62,334 bases of DNA, filler included, from Choristocarpus tenellus KU-1152 (GCA_964200185.2; 10 parts of 10 records of this genome joined end to end with filler, not necessarily neighbours in it), one strand, 5' to 3'; counted from the whole stretch's first letter, positions 24,798 to 37,210 are shown. The notes: generated by a model not told the origin, from the letters alone. A program made the numbers and translations.

Positions 24798-26176
24798 AAT
24801 TTTGGAATCTGCCACAAGGAACACACACCTGAAGACCTCAAGAAATCTCCCCACATTTTATTGATATAGTCATGGGAGTTCTAAAAACTCCAAGAAACAC
24901 CGAGGACGAGAGGGCTTGAACGCCATGGCAGCAACACACTCATTGGTTCAATATGCATGGATTGATCCTTCCCTGAACACAAGGACTTCTAGAACAGTTG
25001 CAATATATCTGAGTGGCTTTGTCTTGCCTTTCAAGTAGTCTGTAAGCACTTAAGGTTCCAAGGTACCTTGTTTGGGATAGATAGCAGCAATAGATATGCA
25101 TGTTTGTTGCAATCTGAGCTATCGAATTTTAGGTGGAACACCTTTGGCGACCGGTAATGCTGCAGTGGGCATGTTGCTCCGCAAGAGGGAATATGAACCT
25201 AGCAAGCATAAGATCACCTGATACTTGGAGGTTGAAGAGGATTGTATGGTGCTGGGTGGGCGTTGAGTGAGGCAGGTTGCTAAGTGCATTGCGCACTTGG
25301 TCCCCAAGGGGCGAATGCACCCCTGTGGGGTATCTGAGATGGATACCCATTGCTGCCAATATTCCGGGTCGACTGTGACATGGTGGTTTGGTATGGTATC
25401 CCTGCTCCTCATACCATCGAGGAGAAAGAAGTTTGTATAGAACAACCAAAATTGAGATGGAAAGAAACCAATGCGTGTTGAAACAAATATAGTCTGGACA
25501 CTCCACTGTATGTATCACCATACATTTTCAAACACTCTAATCGACGCTCTTCACTGTCTGAAACTTACTGCATGTCAGATGGAGTAGTGATTGGATAAGC
25601 GCTGTGTGATATCTACAAGCAGTGTCTACATTCCCCCTTAATAAAGAAGTTGAAACTCATGAGCAACACATAGGTTGGGCCTTACCTCTGCAGTGGATAT
25701 GTTGAATATAGGCACTACCCTGAGTGTTTGTATAACTCTTTCTTGGATTTTGTTTGGACAGAAGGTTTTTTGGGTGTGAAGGCACGAAGTGAAGTGGTTT
25801 GATTGATTGATCTTAGCCCATTCATCATCTGGCCTGGCTCAACTGACTTCAACGAGACCCAAAGTATCTGGGGGGGTGGGGGGGGTCTACACGAGGGTGT
25901 CCATTTGGACCAAAATCGGGAAAAGTGCATTTGCATTATCCNNNNNNNNNNNNNNNNNNNNNNNNNNNNNNNNNNNNNNNNNNNNTTAATTAATTAANNN
26001 NNNNNNNNNNNNNNNNNNNNNNNNNNNNNNNNNNNNNNNNNGGTGATTTGGTTGCAATTGGATGGATAATGAAAGTGCACCTTTCCTGGTTTTGGTCCAA
26101 ATGGACCCTCTGGGGTAGACCCCCCCCCCCCCCCAGATACTTTGGGTCAAAACAGCACTGAATGAATAGAGACCGC

Positions 26177-26330
26177 TGATTAATTAAAACAGCACTATAA
26201 CTATTAACATTGATTAATTAAAACAGCACTATAACTATTAACATTGATTAATTAAAACAGAACTATCACTATTAACAGTGATTAATTAAAACACTATCAC
26301 TACTAACATTGATTTGATTAATTAAAACAC
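26177..26330. repeat. 34-bp AT-rich minisatellite (tgattaattaaaacagcactataactattaacat), about 4.5 copies
   Basis: Units start at 26177, 26211, 26245 and 26279. The first two are identical and the later ones decay. Confidence 0.9.
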
Positions 26331-27156
26331 AAGGAAAAAGGAGTATCTCTCCTCATCATGACCTCATCATGACCTAACCCTAACCTCATCATGATCCGGA
26401 GCACGTCAATGTGAAAACAGTACAATGAAGAGAGAGACTGTCCCATTTAGGGTATATCCCATATAGGATTAGGGTAAGCGAGGTCTGCACTGCATATAGA
26501 AGTGATGTACTGATGTACTGGTGATAATACTCTATTGTAAGATGTTTCAGACTAATTGTACTGTTGCAGCAAGCAGGGCAATCCAGTGCCATCGTATATC
26601 ATCAAAAACAACATGAGACACACTTTACCAAAAACAATGTCAGCATAGACAAGACAGTCGCTCGATCCGGAATGATAAGTCATAAAACATTCCGGAATGA
26701 TGAGTGTATATGGATGGGGGATAGACACAACCTCATCTCAACAGCACAGGTGGATGCACCTCCTAAATAGGCGGAGAGTGTGTATCTTGTCAAGGCTATC
26801 TCCCACTCCATCAAACAATGAATGTCTATGTCCTGCCAATAAAGCAGCAAGCTCCTAACCTTCAATTGCTATACTACTTATCCCACAACTCACAAAGGGT
26901 TAGGGCACACAGCCTGAAAAACAAACAGCACTGGATACAGAAAGTCAATTATAGGATTGGTTCCTTGGTCCACGACAGTGAGTTTGTTGGCATGTTGATA
27001 CTCCCTCAGAGCAAGTGCAGGGGAACCAGACAACTGACTCTGCCTCGGAATTGCACATTCAACCCCCCAAAAGGAGCAAACAGCACATACACACACACAC
27101 ACACAAACACACTCAAGTCAAACATCCAAAAGTGACACCATGACAGTCCATCTCAC

Positions 27157-29477
27157 CATCTCCCTCAGGGCTTGTCCATGCTTGTCCTTACACAAGTATC
27201 CCGTTATGCCCACATGAAAACCCATGTCAAGGTATGCTGTGAGTTCCTGCTCAACAAGGGGTGAAGGGAAAGGTCAATGGCAAGCCCATACCATGTCAAT
27301 ATCAAGTCCATACCATGTCAAGCCTACACCATATAGAGAACAAGCAAAAAAGGTACTTGTTGCAAACTTGGAAACTGTTAAGCCTACACCATGACATGTA
27401 GTGGTACTGTAGAGGGTCATGACAGTCGGCTGAAACTGTTCCACTGTCCTGCCATACGCATATTTCACAGGCCATAATCTCCAACCTACTACAGCGAAGA
27501 GATAGGTTTGGAGAGAGCTAAAGGCTATCCTGGAGTAACCTCCCATACGTGTACTACCATGGATGTTGTTCATACTACATTTTCCTACCTGCACCTGGAC
27601 CAAGGTTATTCCTACACTTACAATGACCTCGGCCCCTCATCATGAACCTACCTCACTCATGGCTTATCAAAAAACAATACATACATAGTGGCAATATGCC
27701 ACATTCCACAAATCAAGAGAAACGCTTCCACACTTGGATACTTATATAGGTATATCTATAGATATTTCTATAGGTAACTGTACAGCGTACTACGGTTAGG
27801 GTTATCATTTCAACAATGCTCGCTGTCAATACTCATGGGAATGTAAAAAGAGCTAGTATATTTCTGCCGCATTGTTGACGCAATGATGTTGATACAATGA
27901 TGTTGATACAATAATGTTGATACAGTTTGTACACCAGTAACAGTGTAATACCACTACCCGAGAAAAGCAATGGCACAGGCTGTCTTCAACCTCCCAGGAC
28001 AAGGTAGAGTTCTAGATCTTGTGAGCTTTATACAAAATGGGTTGGGTTCAACACTCTGCTCCAACTAGGCAAATGATTCAGAGTGTTGAAGTGGTTGGGC
28101 ACATACTCAAGGGTGCTTTATCTCCCTGTTTTACAACAAACATAACCCTTTTACAAACGCTTCATGCATGTGCTCACACCTTCAACATCCAACATCCAAC
28201 ATCCAAGCGTTCACACCCAACAGCAACACAACACACCCAACAGCGGAACGCATCTAACAGACCATAGTGCTCATCCACCTCACCTGCTGGGTACCCGTGA
28301 AGCAATGCACCAGACATGGGGGAAGGCCATGTGAGGAGTCAAAACGCTTCAGCACCTGGTTCCCACACCCAAAAGGAAATGGCAAGAGTCCCAAAAGGAA
28401 TAGAGGTTAGCGTAGGGTCGGGCAAAGGTCATAAAGGTCATCACTTCAAGGTGCAACTCTACTTTTGGGAACTACGAACTATCCAAAATCAGGACAGCAC
28501 CCAGGGCCGATTTCCTCCGCAATGTTTGTTTTCTTGGGCTAGGTTTGCACCCAATGTCCAGGCTCCAGAAAATACAGTTGAGCACATTTGCCTGATAGTA
28601 CCCCTTGTCCAGGACAGCACCTCTGGTATATTTGCTTATCAACAAATATATAGATACATACATATATATATATATATGTATATTTATATTTATTTTTTCT
28701 AAATCAGTTTGTTTCGTTCTTGTAAGCAAAAACTGTGGTCAGAGTGTTGTAATGCAGACACACTGATGAATGTAATGAGTTAGGGTTAGGGTACACGGCA
28801 GAAGAAGAACAAAAAAAAGAGGGAGAAATGCACAATCGCCAAATTCAATCACAGTGATCACAGCGATCACAGCGCCCAATGTCCTGCAAATGCTCTGGGT
28901 CATTTGGTCTGCAACACGCATTGTCCAGGATAACGCCTTCCACCATTTGGTTTGAGACATACAGTAGTGTCCAGCAAAAACACTCAGGGTTCAGTTTTTG
29001 TCGTAGTTTTCGGTAAAGTATCGGACTGTGTGTGTGTGTACAACTAATGTGTGTGTGTGTGACAAGGTGCCGTGTGATGTTGTTGTTGCATTGTGCTATT
29101 GATGCGTCCGCAGAAACCCAGACTAAGTAAGTTACACAGCTGTAGTTTGCACTTTTATGGCTCAATGTAGTTACCCATGAAACAACATAAACCGACTCAG
29201 GATGCAATGAGGATATGTAACATGATGCCCCACCACTGATTGAGAAACAAAGCAATGGACTGACCCTCCTCAACAAAATAAGAAATTTTAATTCAATACA
29301 TACAAAGTTCTCCTCTCTGGAGGGGGGAGACTGACTCATCAATTGCACCTAGTGAACAACATCGTCGTCAATCCAACCCCAAGCTGTACACCAACTAAAT
29401 TTCAAGATCCAATGCAGGTGGACAAGGGTACAGGGGGGGGGGGGGCTAGCCATTCACCTCAACAAATGGAAAAAAGG
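27157..29477 (-). CDS. tatD: TatD-family DNase, internal exons 28355-28284 and 27246-27157, plus a probable exon end at 29477-29458; gene cut by both contig ends
   Basis: The phase-0 join VLKRFDSSHGLPPCLVHCFTGTQQ|ELTAYLDMGFHVGITGYLCKDKHGQALREM carries the TatD HCFTG and G..IGITG motifs. Acceptors are CAG and donors are GTGAG. Confidence 0.85.
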
Positions 29478-29577
29478 NNNNNNNNNNNNNNNNNNNNNNN
29501 NNNNNNNNNNNNNNNNNNNNNTTAATTAATTAANNNNNNNNNNNNNNNNNNNNNNNNNNNNNNNNNNNNNNNNNNNN

Positions 29578-30180
29578 CAAAGGGGGTCATGTGAGGTTTC
29601 ACACCTTCTTATCTTCACTACTAACAAATTGCATTACCTCCCAAGGTAAATTTGCACAGGTTATGAGCCTAAGTAGTATGGGGAAAAGGAGCAGGTGATG
29701 GGCCTGAACGACATGAAGAAGTTGCCGAACTGGACTGGAGCACTAGCGCGACCAGTGGAGACTTGGACAACATGGAGATTATCTCTGGTGCTTATGTCAG
29801 CGAAAGGGTCTGTAAGACATTCTGCGGCGAAAATACGTCGTCCTGAACTCAGAGGGACACTAACGGAACAGGAACGAATATCGCACTGGAACTGCGAAGA
29901 GGAATCAATGAAGGATGCGTGGAGGACGAGATCCACGTGCAGCAAAGGGGGTTGTGTGAGGCTCCACACCTTCTTGTCTTTCACTACTGACAAATAGCAA
30001 TACCTCCCAAGGTAAATTTGCACAGGTTATGAGCCTAAGTAGTATGTAGAAAAGGAGCAGGTGATGGGCCTGAACGACATGAAGGAGTTGTTCAGGCCAA
30101 TCACCTGCTCCTTTTCTACATACTACTTTGGCTCAAAACATAGCTCAAGAATAGCATTACCTCCCAAGGTAAATTTGCAC
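29578..30180. repeat. Complex local repeat: about 145-bp direct repeat (29578-29723 / 29943-30090), fold-back (30031-30134) and a third 28-bp copy (30153-30180)
   Basis: tacctcccaaggtaaatttgcaca occurs three times. gagcctaagtagtatgtagaaaaggagcaggtgatgggcctgaac is followed by its near reverse complement. Confidence 0.9.
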
Positions 30181-30205
30181 AATAATTAATCACCTTTGCC
30201 GTTGG

Positions 30206-31012
30206 TTGAAGGTCCCTATCAATTATGGACCAACTGGTAACTCAAGAGGACAAGGGGGAGTAGAAAAGATGGGAGGTCTGCTTTTAGAAGTCCTGTCGGA
30301 ACTATGTGTGAAGTGGTCAGATAGATGGGATGAGTATGAATCTCCGGCATGTTGGGCACAACGCACTACTCCAGACCCCTCTGACCCTCTCAACCCCACT
30401 CCCTTCCGAGCCCTGTTTGGTTGTGACCCCCGCACACAGCTAGATGCCGTCATACCGAAGTTGGATGGGGATGTAGATGTTGGAGGATTGGACTCCTTCA
30501 TAGAGCAGCGAAGACAGAACTTCAGGGAGGTACGACAAGTCCTGGAGAGAAGGATGTCCGCTAGGCAGAGACGGAGAGAGAGAGCCATTACTTTAATTGC
30601 TAGGTCTTCCCCAGGACTCGGATCCAAGCCAGGTGACCTAGTACTAGTAAAAGAAGCGGACAGCTCTATTTATGGGGAAAAATTAGGCCAGACAAGAGTA
30701 GGCAGGAAGCTAGTCCATGAAAGGTGGACAGGACCATGGACGGTGAAGGAAATTTCACAGAAGAGTAGTAGCATGACAGTAGAACTGCTAGGTAGGCAAA
30801 CGCGGACGCGTAATGTTCATGCTTCTTGTGTAAAACCCTTCCATGTAAGACCCATCCATCTGAGACATAGCTTCCAAGAGGAATATGCTCAACTAGTGTG
30901 GGAGTCGGACCTGGGTCTAGCAGAGCAATCCGTAGTAGCAACCCCTATGTACACCCTCACTGACAGGCACTTCCGACAGAATAAGTTGCACGAAAAACTG
31001 ACCCTTCTGTAA
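30206..31012 (+). mobile_element. Ty3/Gypsy LTR-retrotransposon integrase C-terminal fragment
   Basis: The ORF contains RGQGGVEK (catalytic E region), WDEY...CWAQRTTP, TPFRALFG, PGDLVLVK and KL...WTGPWTV (GPF/Y module). No RT or LTRs are seen. Confidence 0.9.
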
Positions 31013-32364
31013 CACACAAGGCCTCCTCCGCATGGCACACTTCGTCTTTCCACCTGATAGTGGGGAAGCCCACTCAAGGACTCAAGTCCAGTTCCCTTCA
31101 CCCACATCATCACAACCAGACCACAGTGGATCTCCACTACTACTACTGCTGGAAAATCCAACTCCAGCAACATCATCAGTCTTTCATACTTAGCCTACTC
31201 CTCAACCTTAATCAAGTTCTTGTCAGGTTTGCCACGACCTATCCTCCTCTTCACCATTCTTCAGGGCTTGGCTCCCTGCCACCAGTCACACAGCCGCAAC
31301 CCCCCCCCCCTTAGTAGCACAGCTTCCCCATTGCATAGTCCCGCTACTCTGTTTCCCAGGTGTACACACACACACACACCATGTGTCTCAGGTTAGAAAA
31401 CCTCTCCTCCCTCTATCTTCAATGGTCAGCATTGCTACAGGCAGAAGTTATGTACGGATCACTTTCTGTGACTCTCTACAAGCGTTTGGCATCCCTCACA
31501 TGATGCTGACCTGGTGCAAGATACAACCAAGACCCCACATGAGGAATGTGGCAGGGAGCACTAGCACATGGGAAGGATGAAGGGCTTGCGCAGGTATTGT
31601 AAACTCAAGGTCGCCAGGAGGAAACCTGGTTGAAGCTGGTGCAAGTCGCAGTTAATCGCCAGTATGGGTGGCAAGTGCCCCCCCATCATCATCCCCAAGA
31701 TCAGACAGAATTCCTACTACTGTGCATTTTACGAGGTAAACAAAAGCGGCTATCCAATAGTAGTAGCATGGCTGAGATTTGTCGATGACGGGCTATAATA
31801 TCCTGGTGCCCAGTACTGCAGATGGATTATTCAGGGTATGCACTCGATCTCCAGCTAGGTGCAGGGTTTAGAGTCCATATTAGGAATGTGAATCAAACCA
31901 TCACTTTTGTACTGGAACTTCAGCAGGGAATGGTTGTGACGATTTCTTCAACGTTTGTGAAATAGTAGGAAGGAATTGACCAGCAGGGTTGGGGCTGGTA
32001 TATGTTGTAGGTGCTGTGTTAAGATTATTTTATGCTTATGCTTGAAGGTATGATTTGTTGTACAACACGATGTTCCTGTCAGATATCATCTACTGGTATA
32101 GGTTGACTCTCAGTGCTTGGTGCCTTTGCGCTATATTTGTGAAGCGTTGCAGACTAGTCACATACATTTGCCAAGGAGAGGAGAAAGGTTGGCATATCTG
32201 CTCAGTTTGTCTTTCTCGTTTTTGATTTTTTTCCCCCTCCTGCCTCTCCTGTCCTAATGCATCAGCTCAATCCTACAGTTAGAACATGGATGATACTGGG
32301 TATAACTCTATGCAGAAGTACTCTCCATAAACATGCAGTGCTACATGCTCTGATATAGGTTGTA

Positions 32365-34052
32365 CTCCCTCTCATAAAAGTCCAGGCTGTTAAGTCGCAG
32401 TCCTTTGGGATGACCTCCGATTACAAAACGGACCATTGCGTTGGATTCCTTGGAACATTTTACAAAAAAAAAACTATGTCTTGCCTTTATTCGACACTGT
32501 CAACCCACCAATCCAGGGCCGCCATGGAGGCTGCTTGGTCTACTTTGACTGACCTAGCCAGTCCGTCCTCCCGCTGCCTTTTTTGGTCCTAGTGTGCTCT
32601 ACCTCGAAATCGTTCCCCCTCAGCACCCTCAACACCTGATTGTACCTCTTAAACAGACTCTGTCACACCCTCTCGGGCATGTCTGCATTGTATGTGTGGG
32701 ACATGCTTGAACCCTCTCTACAAGTCCATCAACAGTGCCATAATGCTCAGCCCAAACCCTGCTCTTCAGAGATGCAAAAAACCCCAAACCATTGATGTTG
32801 AGATCCAGTGACTGCTCTGGCTGCATCTCGAGCTTAATGCTTCGTCTCTCCTCCATCCTTGCTTCGTTCAGCTTCTACACCGTGCCCTTGCCCATACACA
32901 GGGTCACACCGTCCTGCTGTATGGAGCCCCCCCCGATTCCAGCCACGGCAATTTTTCCTTGATCACTGGCAACAGCTGCTCCGTGTACCACTCCAGGTAC
33001 CACTCAGCATCAACAACGACACCGACCTCGTACTCCTCACTCTTCATATACCATGCCTGAGTCCATTGCACCTCCTTCGTGAGACAAACCCACCAGATCC
33101 CGATCTTGCCGTACAATCATGGGAAGGATCCGGGCTCGAAACAACAGAAATGAACATCACTTTCAGAATGTGACTCTTGTGTTGCACCTTCGTCAAGCCC
33201 ACCTTTCCCTCCCCCGGGAACATGCGCAAAATCTCTTGTTCGTGGACGAGGTAAAATTACACCTCGTCAATGTGAATGGCGTTGAGGCCAGTCCTGTACG
33301 TTTCACGATTGCGAGAGATCCGGTCAAGGATGAAGTTCACCCTGTTCTTGTGCGAAAAAGGAAGGCTAGGAGTGACGCACCACTGAACCCTCTGTGCCCC
33401 CATGGCTTTGAGCTGCCAGCTGCAAGGACCACTTTGGCGATCTTAACATAAAGTTGGTCGATAGTCAGTGTGCGATTACTGGCATTGTTTTTCCTGGATC
33501 TTTGCTTATTTTGTTGGCGTAAAGTCCAACGGCCATCCAGATAGTGCTTGTGATTTCAGGGAGACAGCATTCCCCCTGTCTAAACGTCCTTTGACACGCG
33601 CCTACACCCATCTAGGGTGTCTCTCACCCACTCCAAACTCTTTCACTAATTTAGTCCCCACAACCCTCGGGAGCCTCTTGTGACCCAGAGGAAGAGCCAA
33701 TGAACAACACAGAGCAAGTTCGGTCTGACCTTCCTCAATGAGCTTGCAGTTCTTTCTCCAAGACAGCGGGCTTCGGACCAGGGATGATGGGCTGGGGGCT
33801 TGCCATGGGGGTTGTGAGAGTGTTGTGCGGCTCCACGCTGCAGCAGGAACATTCAAAAATGAAGAGAATATATCCCATTCTATGTTCCATTCTTTCGTAT
33901 CCATTTCAGAACAGAATTCTTGGTATAATTCTTTGAAAATTATTTATTTATGTAAAATACTCCAAGGAATCCAACGCAAAAGTCTGTTTTGTAATCGGAG
34001 GCCATCCTGAAGAGCTACAACTTAACGGCCCAGACCTATGGGACGGAGGGAG
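32365..34052 (-). mobile_element. Full-length decayed Tc1/mariner element of plant-mariner (DD39D-like) type with about 100-bp TIRs
   Basis: Ends TA|CTCCCTC ... ACGGAGGGAG|TG, with the inner TIR cctccgattacaaaac...gcgttggattccttgga mirrored at 33951-34001. Transposase motifs HIDEV, HILKVMFISVV, IQQDG and QPEQSLDLNINGLGFFASLKS are present with stops and frameshifts. Confidence 0.92.
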
Positions 34053-34389
34053 TGTGTGTAAGTTGGTGGTAGTTGCTGAACGTGTATGATAGTGCAATGA
34101 AGAGTGCATGCATGTGATGTATAGTATAGTGAAACATATGAAGAACAAAACATTTCGAAAAATGGAATCAGCTTTGAACAGTTGTTAGTCCAAGCACAAG
34201 CTCCTTTCCTTTCTGAAAAACGTTTCCTCCTACCCCTTCACACCCTTTCTGCAAACCTTCATGCATACACTATATTCACAAGGTCACAGAATTCAAATAT
34301 TATCGGTATTATACTACTGTGCATCACATTGGTTTGAGGGATCCCAGGCCCATGGTTGAAAAGTAGTAGTAGTTCAAAGAAGGCTATAC

Positions 34390-34960
34390 ACACCCATTGA
34401 GAAGAGGTAACAAGGACCACAAAAGAAAAATAAACCATTGGGAGAAAAGAAAAGAAAAGGTAGAACAGAAAGGGTCGTGTAAGACAAAACACCATCACAA
34501 AAAAAAATGTAAAATGAGCGAAGGATGAAACAGAATAACCCCACAAAGAAAACAGCAATCAGCAGACAGTGATGGTGGAGGTGTTGATGGCTTGGGCGAC
34601 CTTAGCTACTCCTTTGGTGCAATGTACAAGAGCTATCACAGCTTCCTTGGAACACCATTGAGCCATCAATCTCACTGTGCCGGTAGCCACACGCTCATAC
34701 CACCTGTTGGTTAGTGGCAATCGTGCAGCCAACTCTCAACTCCAATCCCAAAGTTGTCCTAGTCGTCTTCGAGTCATGTCCACCATTTCTCCTCCTATCC
34801 ACCTTTCTTTTTTTCCATTCACAAGGTCCACAAACATCAATACATCAATATCTCGGGAAGTCACTCATCCCCCATGCAAGGAGTCGACCCAGAAAATAGA
34901 AGCCTCCTCTTGCACAGCGTTGCCTTGATGCACTCACACCCAGTCTTCATTCTGATCCCC
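34390..34960 (-). mobile_element. Second LINE 3' fragment, same family as 19550-20400
   Basis: Shares ggcttgggcgaccttagct...agctatcacagcttccttggaa...agccacac..catacca with the first copy. Confidence 0.7.
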
Positions 34961-35642
34961 CCCCCCATGAAAACACAGCTTCAATAGGATAACCTTCACT
35001 TCAAAAGAAAGGTCAATCGAAATACATGCTATACAAGCACCCATGCGCACTCTATGCATCCAACCCACGTGCGTGTTGACATAACATGGAAGGAACGTCA
35101 TTAACTCCCCAACTCACACTCCCATTGTTGTCACCATGGAAGCAAACAAGTGATGTCATTAAGATCTTGTTATCTCCCCATTCCCGCCACCAGCACCCCC
35201 TCCTCCCCATTCCCACCCAAATGCAAACACACAACTGAGCACTCAAACACTTTGTTTAAACAATTCTGTTACCCATCCTCTTTCCTCGGCTTGTTCCACA
35301 AGCCTGCATCCCTCGCCACCCCTCCAAATCCAATTAGTCCTGAATCAGCGTGACTACTAGTCTTAATTGGAATTACTGAACAAAGCTTCATCCCCGGAGG
35401 CAAATACCCTTAACATATCACCCCCCCAGTCACAAGTAAGGAGACACCACATTTAGTACATCCGTCCGAGAATACACTTAACACTCTCCATTCTGACTTG
35501 CTTGGCTAGCACTGCGGTTTGTTAGCCTCAACACCCACCTCCTAGCTGGCAAGCCTCGCCCCCCACCACGATTTCCACAACACTTATTTTCGGACAACAA
35601 CTTCCAATAATAAATTGCAAAGCACAAACTCTCTCTCTTGCC

Positions 35643-35645
<3 letters not shown>

Positions 35646-35678
<33 letters not shown>
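35646..35678. repeat. (AG)16 microsatellite
   Basis: Directly visible. Confidence 0.95.
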
Positions 35679-35683
<5 letters not shown>

Positions 35684-36807
35684 TTGTAAGAATAATCACA
35701 TACATAGATCAGGAAAAGAGAAATCATGTAACGATAGTGAGGGAAAATAAGATTACCAATCGTAAACATGACAATCACAGGGGAATACAACCAAGCATAT
35801 TATGAGGGGCCTCACGCACCAGGTAACGAGGTCAGAGGGTCCAATGCATCCCGTGACCAATGACTCCCCACTAATGCCTGGAACTTACGAGTTTTTGGCA
35901 CACAAAGTTTGCAGGACAGGCTATGCATCAATTGGTCCCGTACTGTCCTGGGTGCCTGGCGAGGTGTGACTTCAACTGATTCTTCTGCTCCTGCAAATGC
36001 AGTGGTACCTCCTGGTACACATCCTCAAACATAGTGCTGACCGATGGCTTCGCCTTCCTCTCTGCGGCCTCCATAGCCTACCAACCAACCAGGGAATCAA
36101 GATCCACCCATAGACAAGACCATTTCAGAGGTAAGAGGGTCAGCAAGGTTGATGAATGGCATCCAATGACCTCGAAGCAAAGTACTTGACTATTCCACCA
36201 GTCTAAACGTTGCACGCCCCTGACAACACACTACTTATGTGACATAGTGTTACCGCTCTATATCGATACATTGGGAAATGAATGAAATGAACACAAAATG
36301 TGCTACCTGTGTAATCGACCTAAGTCTTACACGGACATAACTCATGTTCAGTGAATTTATATCATTAACATAAAGCAAAGCAGGGCACAATAGAATGTCT
36401 GCAAATATGTGACTAGAACTTTTGTGATGATCTAAAATGTTGCCCTTTGTAGTCATGTCCGTTTACCCCCAATCTAATGACTCCTCTTGGGTACAAGGAT
36501 ACATATTAAAACATACCCACCGTTTAGTAGAGTAGGCATTGCCAATGTAAGAGAGATGGGGGAGGGGTCGTCGGTGGGGTTGCTGTTGGCCTTAAGGACA
36601 ACCGGTGGGGTAGGGGCAGCAAATGACGGGGGGCATAGTTTGCTGAAACTAATGCCTATGGGGGTAGAGATTTGAGAGGATCAATGGAGGGAGAAGGGCC
36701 GGCTGGTAAGAAAACGAAACAACCATCTTGTCCCTGTAGTCCACATCCTATGGAGCAGATCATATTTCATCCCCTTTCCCTCTCTCTTGGTACTACTGAC
36801 ACAGAGC

Positions 36808-36841
36808 AGGGTTAGGGTTAGGGTTAGGGTTAGGGTTAGGG
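36808..36841 (+). repeat. Interstitial telomere-type tract AGGG(TTAGGG)5
   Basis: Perfect hexamer array in the middle of a contig. Confidence 0.92.
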
Positions 36842-37210
36842 CCGACAGCTAAGTTGAAGTACAATGAGTCGCCATCCATGTTCTTCCTGAAAGATCGAAA
36901 TAAGTGGAGTTTTGGTGGTGGCCTTGAACAAAAAGAAATCCACAACCTTCAGTACATGGCGGTCAAACGATACGCTGGCAAACATGACTTGTTCAAGTTT
37001 ATTGCAAGCATGATCGTGAATGGGTTCCTTCCTTCCCTAACCCGAATCCAGACCCTAACCCGACCAACCCACCTCATCTGTCTGTATTCTTTCACCTTCC
37101 AAGGCGAACCACCCCACTCCCAACCAAAAAATAAATAAATACATGCACTGGGACATGTCAAACATCAAGATACCACTGTTCCCCCAGGGCAGATAGATTA
37201 CGTGACTGTT

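Noticed and set aside
25119-25521. TPQGCIRP as a reverse-transcriptase PQG motif
   Set aside because: No downstream YADD-like motif or other RT context was seen.
26177-26330. CRISPR-like array
   Set aside because: The units are head-to-tail with no unique spacers, there are no cas genes, and the context is eukaryotic.
27881-27925. 14-bp x3 repeat, and similar short duplications near 39011-39048 and 40523-40566
   Set aside because: Ordinary slippage duplications in non-coding or intronic DNA.
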